DNA of 64,000 nucleotides from Botryllus schlosseri (lineage: Eukaryota), in the NCBI GenBank assembly GCA_051294905.1, contig CM119372.1, positions 28,894,001 through 28,958,000 of the forward strand, read 5' to 3'. A program made the position numbers and the translations under genes. Shown here piece after piece: positions 1 to 11,200 of this stretch; position 1 is the stretch's first letter; the number at the start of each line of letters is the position of its first letter. Below the pieces are notes generated by a model, which saw nothing but the letters and a program-made list of their open reading frames with translations, had not been told where the DNA came from and did not search any database.

Positions 1-26
1 GGTGTCAATAAATTTCTGGAAAACTC

Positions 27-190
27 ATACTTACCTGACGAGGCAGTGAACCATGATCAAAAAGGCGGTTCTGCCCGGGCGAGGCCTAGCCATTGCACTT
101 CGGCTTGGTTGACCTCGGCGATTACCCCAAATGTGGGTAACTCGGTCGTGTAATTTCTGGTAGTGGGGTCTGCGTTCGCGCTAACCCTTT
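27..190 (+). ncRNA. U1: U1 snRNA, copy 1
   Basis: Starts ATACTTACCTG (splice-site-binding end). Has loop I GATCAAAAAG, U1A loop ATTGCAC, SL3 loop CAAATGT, Sm site AATTTCTGG and SL4 CTGCG-TTCG-CGC. Colinear with metazoan U1 over ~164 nt; 3' end +/-2 nt. Confidence 0.97.
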
Positions 191-455
191 CCATCCAACC
201 AACCATACTAATTAAATAGCTCACAGTGCACGGAAAAGAATTCGTGGCCAGCGGCTCTCGTAACGACACTCACTTACATGCATTCTCGCAAAGCCGCTGA
301 TTATTATAAATAAACCAAATACTTGGTTTGTTGATTTATTTTCCCCCTCGGAACGAACGTGGCCATATAACACGTTTTGAGTTGGCCTACACCTCGATTT
401 GTTCTCGTGGACCTGCGATATAGCAATGGCGTCTGACCTTTACATCGTTATAGTG

Positions 456-1337
456 CAGGGGCTGGCAGCTTCTCCAGTCGGCGGGCCGGATAGAGGAAAA
501 TTAGGTACTTGGCGGGCCGGATTGCTGAATCGACACATTATTTGCCCATTTATCCACATATACAAGGAATAAATCGTATTTAATAAATGTATTTTAACGA
601 CAGCAATGTCGCTTCAAAGCCATTTCTCCGATAATGGCGAGGACAGTGTGGATTTGAGAATAACATTGTCATACAGGCGCCGCCATGTCTGCTTCACTCT
701 GATCAATCAACACACGGTGCAATCCCTAGTTAAGATTTCAAGTCGTTCGATGATCCCGGTAACCCTAATTTACCAAGATATCAATTCATTAGGGTTGAGT
801 AGATGCCGTGATAGCGTCGTTGTTCAACTGTGTGGCGTAAATAATCTCGAATATTGAATTCATACGGCCCGCGTTTTCTACAAAATTTGAAAACTGGCCT
901 GTGACCCGTTTTGAGATGGCGACCCCTGGAATATGCGGTGCCTTACAAAAGCCTAGAAGTGTGGCGTGCTACAAGTCGGCGGTTGCAGAATCGAAAATAA
1001 GAAATATATCAGTCTGGTGTAAATGACCATTGTAGTCGACAAAAATCATGATTACCACAGACGACATTAGGGTTGAGTGCATATCGCAAATGCCGATAAT
1101 GCAAGTCTTCTCGCTTCGACGAACTTACGCGTATGCTCCACTCTCGCAACGATGCGCACACACGTATATAATAATATACAGTCACTTAAATTTGACGTAG
1201 TATGCAAGTAGTGGGGGATCTCGACAGACTGGGGTCGCGGGCCACATTATGATGTAAGACGGAAAACCGTCCGCGGGCCGGACAAAATCCCTTCGCGGGC
1301 CGGATCCGGCCCGTGGGCCGTGTGTTGCCCACCCCTG
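456..1337. mobile_element. Non-autonomous hAT element (882 bp) in the U1 spacer
   Basis: TIRs CAGGGGCTGGCAGC / GTTGCCCACCCCTG; 8-bp TSD TTATAGTG/TTACAGTG. The sister units show the empty site. Confidence 0.93.
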
Positions 1338-1850
1338 TTACAGTGTCTGTTTCTGGGTAAGATTTAACGATTAGCGGTTAGTAGGCCTTTTCCGTATAGT
1401 GCGAGCCTAATTTCTTTTTCACCTAGCTCTCCTGAACTGATCATATACACTTCATGTATTTCGATAAGCGCCTGGATTGTGGCGAGAATTGATGACAGTC
1501 GGCAGATCAGAAATTAATCTACAATAGGCTTTCCCTATATTCCTCGCTTTTGTAGCTGTGAAAACTTTGCATTGCTATGTCACGCTTCTGTAATCCTATA
1601 CCGGCTCTTTATTGGCAAAGCGAATATCAGAGCACCATGGAGATGACCATAAACCGCAAGATAATGATTATCGCACTTTTAAGCAAGGAATGGACGGTGG
1701 AATTCGCAATTGGACGCCGCAGTCAGTCCAATATCATCGATGACGTCCCAATCATATTTGGCGTTCGCGTCTAGTAGAAACTATTTCATTTTGCTTCGGC
1801 TATTCAAAGCGCACTTGGTGAATGCATTTATGCATATGTGGAGAGCGTGC

Positions 1851-1866
1851 TCACCACAATATTTAT
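1851..1866 (+). promoter_or_regulatory. Candidate snRNA proximal sequence element (PSE) for U1 copy 2; same motif at 2844 for copy 3
   Basis: TCACCACAATATTTA starts 59 nt upstream of the U1 start in both units. Vertebrate PSEs begin TCACC at about -50 to -65. Confidence 0.55.
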
Positions 1867-1909
1867 TTTGTTGTATGAAATTGGGTGTCAATAAATTTCT
1901 GGAAAACTC

Positions 1910-2073
1910 ATACTTACCTGACGAGGCAGTGAACCATGATCAAAAAGGCGGTTCTGCCCGGGCGAGGCCTAGCCATTGCACTTCGGCTTGGTTGACCTCG
2001 GCGATTACCCCAAATGTGGGTAGCTCGGTCGTGTTATTTCTGGTAGTGGGGTCTGCGTTCGCGCTAACCCTTT
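1910..2073 (+). ncRNA. U1: U1 snRNA, copy 2 (Sm-site variant TATTTCTGG)
   Basis: Same as copy 1 except A>G in SL3 and A>T at 2035, the first base of the Sm site. Confidence 0.95.
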
Positions 2074-2902
2074 CCATCCAACCAACCATACTAATTAAAT
2101 AGCTCACAGTGCACGGAAAAGAATTCGCGGCCGGCGGCTCTCGTAACGACCCTCACTTACATGCATTCTCGCAAAGCCGCTGATTATAATAAATATACCA
2201 AATACTTGGTTTGTTGATTTATTTTCCCCCTCGGAACGAACGTGGCCATATAACACGTTTTGAGTTGGCCTACACCTCGATTTGTTCTCGTGGACCTGCG
2301 ATATAGCAATGGCGTCTGACCTTTACATCGTTATAGTGTCTGTTTCTGGGTAAGATTTCACGATTAGCGGTTAGTAGGCCTTTTCCGTATAGTGCGAGCC
2401 TAATTTCTTTTTCACCTAGCTCTCCTGAACTGATCATATACACTTCATGTATTTCGATAAGCGCCTGGATTGTGGCGAGAATTGATGATAGTCGGCAGAT
2501 CAGAAATTAATCTACAATAGGCTTTCCCTATATGCCTTGCTTTTGTAGCTGTGAAAACTTTGCATTGCTATGTCACGCTTCTGTAATCCTATACCGGCTC
2601 TTTATTGGCAAAGCGAATATCAGAGCACCATGGAGATGACCATAAAACACAAGATAATAATTATCGCACTTTTAAGCAAGGAATGGACGGTGGAATTCGC
2701 AATTGGACGCCGCAGTCAGTCCAATATCATCGATGACGTCCCAATCATATTTGGCGTTCGCGTCTAGTAGAAACTATTTCATTTTGCTTCGGCGATTCAA
2801 AGCGCACTTGGTGAATGCATTTATGCATATGTGGAGAGCGTGCTCACCACAATATTTATTTTTTTGTATGAAATTGGGTGTCAATAAATTTCTGGAAAAC
2901 TC

Positions 2903-3066
2903 ATACTTACCTGACGAGGCAGTGAACCATGATCAAAAAGGCGGTTCTGCCCGGGCGAGGCCTAGTCATTGCACTTCGGCTTGGTTGACCTCGGCGATTA
3001 CCCCAAATGTGGGTAACTCGGTCGTGTAATTTCTGGTAGTGGGGTCTGCGTTCGCGCTAACCCTTT
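2903..3066 (+). ncRNA. U1: U1 snRNA, copy 3
   Basis: Same as copy 1 except C>T in the SL2 stem (G-U wobble). Confidence 0.96.
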
Positions 3067-3483
3067 CCATCCAACCATACTAATTAAATAGCTCACAGTG
3101 CATGGAAAAGAATTCGTGGCCAGCGGCTCTCGTAACGACACTCACTTACATGCATTCTCGCAAAGCCGCTGATTATTATAAATATATCAAATACTTGGTT
3201 TGTTGATTTATTTTCCCCCTTTGGAACGAACGTGGCCACTGGCCATATAACACGTTTTGAGTTGGCCTACACCTCGATTTGTGTTCGTAGACCTGCGATA
3301 TAGCAATGGCGTCTGACCTTTACATCGTTATAGTGTCTGTTTCTGGGTAAGATTTCACGATTAGCGGTTAGTAGGCCTTTTCCGTAGCTCTCCTGAACTG
3401 ATCCTACACACTTCATGTATTTTGGTAAGCACCTGAATTGCGCCGAGAATTGCTGACAGTCAGTTATGAAAGTAATCTAGACG

Positions 3484-4888
3484 TAGGTTTGCATTTAAAA
3501 CAAACTTCTTTAAAACCAGGCCCTTGTTTAAAACATGTTTTTTACTGTTTTTTTAATCCGTCACGGCTAAAATATTCAATTCTGATGTCATAGTGGATTC
3601 ACATTGACATTTGAAAACATTGGGTATATATAGCTCGTGTGACGAAATATCTACGTACTATAGCTGTTGAACCGACTATTTTGTGGGTTCCAACCATCCC
3701 ATATCTTGTACGTCGGCAATGTCGGGTGGGATTTGTCTGTAGGCTCATACAACGTGTTTTTTAGAAATTATTTACAGAATTATGGCATAATTTAGCAACT
3801 CATTAAAAAAACGATTTTTTTTAAAGGCGTTTGTTTAAAACACTGTTTATCTCAATCCAACACGCGGCCCGCGAGGTCATATTTTGCGGCCCGGAACTTG
3901 ATTTGAGATTTCGGAAGAAAGCTGAAAAACCATATTGAAATGCTGAAATATACTAATTTCATCATATTGTTGTTGTTCTTTAAAATTAAGCTATTTTTTT
4001 GCCCAACATCACTGTTCGTCACTAGCTAAAACGGTTTTGGCGATGGCAACAGCATTCCATCGAGTAAGAATCAGCCGATATGAATGGCTATATATAGCCT
4101 GGACGTGCAATGGCCCAAACACTGCCAAGTCCGAGACGCTTAGGAAACGGCTTATAGGGCAGTGTTTCTCAAACTGGGGATTGAGAGCATATGAAGGGGA
4201 CGCGAAGCTGCTGTCTACTGAAGTTTTTTTCGCGCATTGCGCGATATCCCTCAGATTCATGAATTTTGCTCTGTGTCTAGTCCGGAATTCATATTATGTA
4301 TAATTCTCTCATCTACAGTCATAACCTTACATGCCATCAAACTATATCCATTGGGATCACTAGCATTCGGGTTGTATTTTGTGATATGACGATAAGGGGG
4401 GCGCGAAATTCAGTGTCATAACGGGGAGCGTGCCTAAAAGAGTTTGGGAATTTCTGACTTAAGGCTTCCTCACAAGATCAAGCTTTATACGTGGAGATGG
4501 TCTTTCAGTAGGTAACGTGTCTAGCTAGCCCCAATATCGATTCCTTAGTTTCTGAAAAGCTTTTCCAGGTATTGTGTGGAGCACAGAGTTGAAATTAAAT
4601 GAAATTGATAATAATGATTTTCTGTGGTATTTGTATCTCTTTAATAAAATATTACTTCTTTTGTGTTATCACTATGCCAATCGCTTGTGTTAGGTAGCAC
4701 AGCGTTGTACTGACGTAGAGTTTTAAAACGTGGTTACCTATTTTATATTGACGTTGAATTCATGCGGCCCGCGGCTGCTACGACATTTGAAAAATGGCCC
4801 ACGACCACTTTTGAGTTGGCGACCCCTAGTTTAAAACATGTTTTGAGCAAAGTCTTTTAAACAGCTATTTTTTTTAAATGCAACCCTA
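3484..4888. mobile_element. Non-autonomous DNA element (TAGGGTTGCATTTAAAA family) containing nested hAT pieces (~3850-4828, ~4160-4456)
   Basis: TIRs TAGGTTTGCATTTAAAA / TTTTAAATGCAACCCTA; TSD degenerate. Same family at ~28856-31557 and starting at ~61893. Confidence 0.75.
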
Positions 4889-5118
4889 TCTACAACTTGT
4901 CGTAGGCTATAGCCTTAGGCCTTCTCTATATATGCTCGTTGCTCGTGCATGCAAAAGGAGACGGGCAAGAACACGAACCACAAGCAGAAGAAATTATGGG
5001 CAACATACAGAAAGACACAAGCAAGAATCACCTACAAACTCAGCGCAGGTGGAATAAGCAAAAACTAAAGAAGGATAGAACTACAACAGCGATGTGACAC
5101 AGGGAAACCGAAAATGTT

Positions 5119-5220
5119 GGGTCTGCGTTCGCGCTAACCCCTTTCATCCATGTATACTTATTATCAAATCAGCCACAGTACATGAAAAAGAATTATTGGC
5201 CAGTGCAGCTGTCGTAACTG
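5119..5220 (+). pseudogene. Decayed U1 unit fragment (SL4 plus diverged 3' flank)
   Basis: gggtctgcgttcgcgctaacccc followed by a diverged match to the unit's 3' flank (gaaaaagaatt..tggccag). The 5' part of U1 is absent. Confidence 0.8.
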
Positions 5221-5343
5221 TACTATAACCTAGGCCAGGGGCGGGCAACTTCTACGGTCGGCGGGCCTGATTGGGGAAAATGAAGTACTTGGCGAGCCAG
5301 AATACAAAATCGATACAATAATCGCGTAATTATCCACCTATAC

Positions 5344-7034
5344 CAGGGGCGGGCAACTTCTCCAGTCGGCGGGCCGGATATAGGAAAATTGAGTACTTGG
5401 CGGGCCGGATCGCTGAATCGATACATTATTCGCCCATTTATCCAAATATACAAGGAATAAATCGTATATAATGAATGTATTTTAACGACAACCATGTAAC
5501 TTCAAAGCGATTTCTCGCCAATAATGACGAAGACAATGTGGATTTGAGAACAGCATTGTCATACAGGCACCACCATGTCTGCTTATCTCTGACCAATCAA
5601 CACACGGTGCAATCCTTAATTAGGATTTCAAGGCGTTCGATAAGCCCAGTACCCCAAATTTACCGAGACATCAATTCATTAGGGTTTAGTACAGTGGTTC
5701 TCAACCTTTTTGTCTTTGCGGACTCGTTCTGGACCGCCACGGACCCCCGCAAGTTTTCGTTCAAAATTAGATCAATTATCGCGCAACCGTTATCTGTCTC
5801 CTGTCTTGTGTCTATAGTGATAAACATCCACACAATGACTTTTCTTGAAAATAACATCATACTATATGTAGAAATTGGGTAGACTTTTATTTTCAGCTGT
5901 ATTCATTGTCTTGAAAATCCGCGTTTTCGATTAGATATGAGCAAGCGCCGAAAATCCATTTTCGCAAATATATATTGGTGGCGAATATAATATTAACGCG
6001 TAACGCTTCCGACGACAGCTTTTGGTATGAGTTTTTGCTGTACATATCACGTCCAGTCTGGTCATTTCTATCTTGCATCTCATATTGAAGTTATTTAGTG
6101 GTTATATCTCAGGACACAATGGATTTCGTGATGAGGTTCCAATTCCTTCATTGGGACAGATTGGGAAAAAATTTCAGGATTTTCTATTTCAAACGACTGT
6201 TTACTAATATGCTGAGACTGGCAACTCCACTAATTTGCTGAGACTGATAACTCCAAATCCAAAATGCCATCTCCAACATTTTATTTTTCCACAAACCCCA
6301 CCAAAACATCTCTAAACAGCAATATGTTTGCGTCGGCAGGCTATTGGTAATTTGAGAATAAAATGAGTAATCACTGCCGGATATTTGATCTCGGACGAAC
6401 ATTTTAAGGATGTGGGTCCTAAAGTTTGAGCAATTTTGAAACGAAACTGTCTCATGCTTTTCCTATTTAAAAATAAGAATCAGGTTTGCAATCACTTTAC
6501 AAATTTAGAGGTTTCGCGGACCCCGGAGGTCCGCGAACCCCCGGTTGAGAACCACTGGTCTAGTAGGTGACGAGATAGCGTGGTTGTTCAACTGTGTGGC
6601 CTATTTTATCCCGCCCACGGCCTTTACGGAATTTGACAGTGGCCCGCGACCCGTTTTGAGTTGGCAACCCCTGGTATAAGCGGTGTGTTACAAAAGCCAG
6701 GAAGTGTTCCGTGCTACAAGTCGACGTTACGGAATCCAAAATAAGAAATATCGGCCTGGTGTAAATGACCATTATAGTTGACAAACACCATGATTACCAC
6801 AAATGACATTAGGGTTGAGTACATCGTAAATGCCGATAATGCAAGTCTTCCCGCTTCGACGAACTTACGCGTAAGCTCCACCTTCGCTCGCTGCGCATAC
6901 ATGTGCATAGTAACACACAGTCACTAAAATTTGATGTAGTAAGCAAGTAGTGGGGAATGTCAGAAGACTGGGGCCGCGGGCCATTATCATGTAAGACGGA
7001 AAACTGTCCGCGGGCCGTATGTTGCCCGCCCCTG
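5344..7034. mobile_element. hAT element of the 456-1337 family, inserted into a related element that starts at ~5236
   Basis: TIRs CAGGGGCGGGCAAC / GTTGCCCGCCCCTG; perfect TSD ACCTATAC (5336-5343, 7035-7042). Confidence 0.92.
5692..6557. mobile_element. hAT MITE (CAGTGGTTCTCAACC family) nested in 5344-7034
   Basis: Matching TIRs; TSD GTTTAGTA/GTCTAGTA. The 456-1337 copy shows the empty site. Confidence 0.9.
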
Positions 7035-7129
7035 ACCTATACAATGAATAAATCGTGTTGAAGCATAGGGGCCATAAACAGTATTTATTGAATTTTTCTA
7101 ACCTAAATGTGCTCCAATAGTTGTTGAAG

Positions 7130-7565
7130 TCAATCAGACGTCTTTGGTCGATCAAAGTTGTCATACAGTTTCTTGAACTTTGCTGAATGCCAGATGCAGA
7201 AACCATTAGTAAATACTGCACGCGAGCATCAGTTATATTGGAACGTAGCCTTGTCTTATTGATGATCATGGTCAAAAATGTTTGATCGCAAACAATGTTC
7301 CCCCCAAGCTGCGCAGTGCTGACACGGTCTCTCTGCGCACAGAAAATCTAGGCCGCGCAAAAAAAAAACCGAAATGATGACCTCATTTTATCGTTACGCA
7401 GTGTTGTCCAAGGGACCGCGCAGTGAGTTGGTGAGTGCGCGCGGACTCGTCAAAAACTAGAGGGAACATTGCTCGCAAATGTATGTAGACCAGAACAGAT
7501 AGTTTCATGACCATCTTTCTCATGTTGGAAAACTTGATTCATTCTGTAACGCACAAAATTTGTCT
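7130..7565 (-). pseudogene. hAT transposase C-terminal (dimerisation domain) relic, SPIN/Buster-like; second relic at ~9125-9370
   Basis: With the 7293-7471 MITE removed it reads LFWSTYICDQTFLTMIINKTRLRSNITD. The second copy reads FYASQNESKFANLRKMDMKLLALFGPTYIC. Both match the hAT FGSTYxCEQxFS..K...RS..TD motif. Confidence 0.75.
7293..7471. mobile_element. 179-bp hAT-type MITE
   Basis: TIR CAATGTTCCC; TSD ATCGCAAA/CTCGCAAA. Confidence 0.8.
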
Positions 7566-8270
7566 TACTTCTCACCTATCCCTGACTTTCAGATTAGAAT
7601 TGAATATTATCTGTATTTAAAATAGCATAACTGGCAATGCGTATAGAGAGCAAGATTTTCTGATCCTTGCTGCACTGGCATTTGAACAATGATTTTACCT
7701 AAACTCTCACACAGACCAGTCCCCCGCATACCAGCAAGGCTTCAATATTGTGCAGACGTATTTAATTAAATTTCAAGCCACGCCCACAATTGTGCAAGGT
7801 TAAGAAGTATCAATGAAGACTGGAGAGCCTCAAGATCCATGGTACAAAACAGTAAGGCCTAGTTGCAACGCAGAGAATTCTTTGGCAGAAAAATATCACA
7901 TCTTCACACACGAGTTTCACAATGTTACATATGTTGAGGCAATGACTACCCTTCTACTTTCAAATCATAGTCGAGTTCAATCTCGTTGTACGGATACGCG
8001 AACAGAATGCGATTGGAGGCTATGGAAGCAATCAAGCCGACTTTCATTGTGACGATGCGACAAATACAAACGGCAAAACACTATGCACGAACACATTAAT
8101 AAACAACAAACGCGAATCTATATGATTTCAGAAGAGGACAATTGAGATTTTGTATAAATAACAAGATGAAGAAAAATTTAGTAGATCACGACAGAGCATC
8201 CGGAATCGTACTCTCAACCACGACGACAAAAAAAAAAAAAAAAGTTGAAGCGACAAGTCAGCATGCCGCG

Positions 8271-11200
8271 TTAATTTGCGTCGTGCAGCGGTGAGCTGAA
8301 ATAAAACGGCTTATATTCCCCATTTCCCGCCGTGGTTCGTTCTGATTTCTCCAGCAGTGTACGGGGGATGATGTCGCGATGGTTTTCTTTGTTTGTTGGG
8401 CTGAAGTAATCTGGCTTTGTTGACAACTTCGACTCGTCACAGAGATTCACGACTGTTTTAACGTCGAACGTAGTGTTCGCTTCGTCTGAAAACACGGAAA
8501 TGAAATCGGTTTGAAACACAATATCCCGTGATCGTGATCGCAGTTACTGACGAAGAAATAAAGTCAAAATGCGATTGAACTACATTTGAACACTTTGGCA
8601 AAACGACATGCGAGACTGTGCAATGTGCATGAAGACACACATGTATGCTTGACAGACAGAAGTAACACCGTAAACTTCTATTCAATGAGAAGTAGAAATT
8701 TCGAAGACATGCAAACTACTTTACCTATAGGAAAATAAAAGGTCCAAGTACTACTCAAGTTACAAAAAGTAGTAAGTAGATATGGCCGAGAGGTGGCATA
8801 GTTTTACCAGGTAATCCAACGTTGCTGTTATCGAAATTGCAAAGTGTTTTTTCCAAAACAAACACAAAAAGCTGTTCAAGCTATGCAATCTTCGATAATG
8901 TATTCAGCTTACAGCAGAGACGGGCAACTTCTCCGGTCGGCGGGACGGATATGGAAAAATGAAGTACTTGGCGGGCCGGATTACAGAATATATAGGCCTA
9001 CATTACTCGCGTAGGCTATTTCTCACCCTATACAAGCAATAAATTGTATTTAATGTAAACTTAAGTTTAAAGCATAGAATACAAAAACAGTTTTTAATGA
9101 ATTCATTAACAATAGCTGGTAAAGTCAATCAGACATCTGTGGTCGGTCAAAGTTGTCAACAAGTTATTTGAATTCTGGCTGCATGTCGTATGTAGCAACC
9201 CTTATTAAATACTGCCCACGAACATCAGTTATATTGGAACACAGCCTTGTCTCGTTAATGTTCATGGTCGCAAATGTATGTAGGCCCGAACAGAGCAAGT
9301 AGTTTCATGTCCATCTTTCTCAGGTTGGCAAACTTGGATTCATTCTGTGACGCATAAAATTTGCTTACAGGATACAGGAGTTACTTCACGCAATTCTGTG
9401 AGTAGTTTTGCCTCAAACACTGTTCAAGTAGAATTACTATAAAAGAATATCCATCTGAGCAAGTAGTGCGCGTAAGTAGGCAAATCTACTCCAAAAAAGT
9501 AGAGGTACTTCATTACAAGCAATCTATGGTGATTTTAATTAATGGTACAGGCATGCGGTGCAGACAAGTGGTAGTTTGGTACTCCATCAAAACTGATTTG
9601 TGAAGCTACTAGAGCAGCGGTTCTCAACCGGGGATCCGCGAAGCATTTTCAGGGGGTCCGCGAAGCCTCTAAATGTACAAAATAGTTGATAACCTAATTT
9701 GTATTTTTTTTCAATTAGGAAGATCATGAGGCAATTTCGCTTCATTACTAGTAAAACTCCGGAACTCACATCAACAGAATGGCCAGCTGAGATGAAATAC
9801 CCTACTTTACAGACTCATTTAAATTGCTCAATTGCCAATAGCCTACTGATATACAAACATTTTGCTGTTTAGAGATGTTTTGCTGGGGATCATGGAAAAA
9901 ATGAAATGTTGGACTAGCAAGGTCAATCACGGTGACTTCGAAATGTTTACAAATATCCATTTTCTCCTGTGATATACATAAACATTTTTCCACAATAACT
10001 TAGAAGAGCTGCTAGCTAGGAATGACCAGGCTTGACGTTGTATGTTCATGAAAAAATTTGTTTGTCAATTTTGGTGCCATACTGTTGCGATCATACCCAA
10101 ATGTGTCTTCGGAAGCGTTATATTTACATTCGCCACCAACTATCTTTGTGGAAATGGATTTTCGGCATTCGTTCATATCAAATCGAAGGCGCGGAATTTC
10201 AAGACACGAAAACATATTTCAAGAAATTCAGTTGCAGAATTCGCTTTGAAATAATAAAAGTCAACTCAATTTCTACTAAAATATTATCATGTTATTTTCA
10301 AGAAAAGTCATTTTGTCGCTGTTTATCACTAGCCTACAGTTATCATTTGCACAACACAGATGACGATTGCACGATAATTGAGCTAAAACTTCGGGGGGTC
10401 CATGACTGTCCAAAAGCGGTCCGCGAAGACAAAAAGGTTGAGAACCCCTGTACCAGAGTAATTCATAACACAGATTTTACCTGCCCAGGTAGCAGCAACT
10501 TCTACTTAGAGGATTACTTCAACTACATCGTCATCTGTGAATATAGGGAGCACGACATTCTTTCGTGGCCACACACCGTATTTAAGCTGTTTTTAGTGCC
10601 TACAGCTTGGGACCACTTCTTTCGAAACTGTGATACCACATTATCAGTGATGCAACTTTGAGATGGGCATAGATTCTGACAGGAAATAACTTTGACGAAT
10701 TTGGTCAGATTTGGATTCAAAATTCTAGGCTAACTGAATTGGACATGGAATTTACATTCAACCTTTGAATAATTTTGACTTAGCTCGATGGCCGTGATAC
10801 AGAATAAATACAAACACATTTTGGTCCAATGAGGACATAGAATTGCAGGAGTTTAAATGTAAATTCACTCGATGAATCTGAGCCAACATCAGATATAGAT
10901 TTGGGAAAGATAAGGATATAAAATGAATGCGGTGGGATTTAGGCGCATTGACTGCGAATTTAGCAAGTCAATTATCAGATATGGTTCGTTCTCACATGGA
11001 TTTCTGCGAATCAAATGAATTCAGAATTCGGATTGAAACTTGAACTTGTGTATATTACTCACAATCGACGTCGACGTTCATGGCGGAACTCTCTTCGCCC
11101 TTGTCGTCTTTAAAGTTTTCACGGTTAGTACAAAAGTCAGCAGCACATCCGCAGCGAGGGCCACACTTTCGATTTCTCTTCACGCAACCGCAATATGCGT

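Larger units (their letters stand above)
1..3470 (+). repeat. Tandem array of 993-bp U1 repeat units (continues off the left edge)
   Basis: Unit marker ggtgtcaataaatttctgg at 1, 1884 and 2877. Spacings are 993 and 993+890 (882-bp MITE plus 8-bp TSD). Confidence 0.95.

Noticed and set aside
57..3029. Repeated ORFs of 65-130 aa in the tandem array
   Set aside because: They overlap U1 genes and spacer DNA; the recurrence reflects the repeat unit, not coding.
10032..10661. 209-aa ORF in KIF4 intron 3
   Set aside because: It runs across a MITE boundary and the frame is not preserved in other copies of the family.
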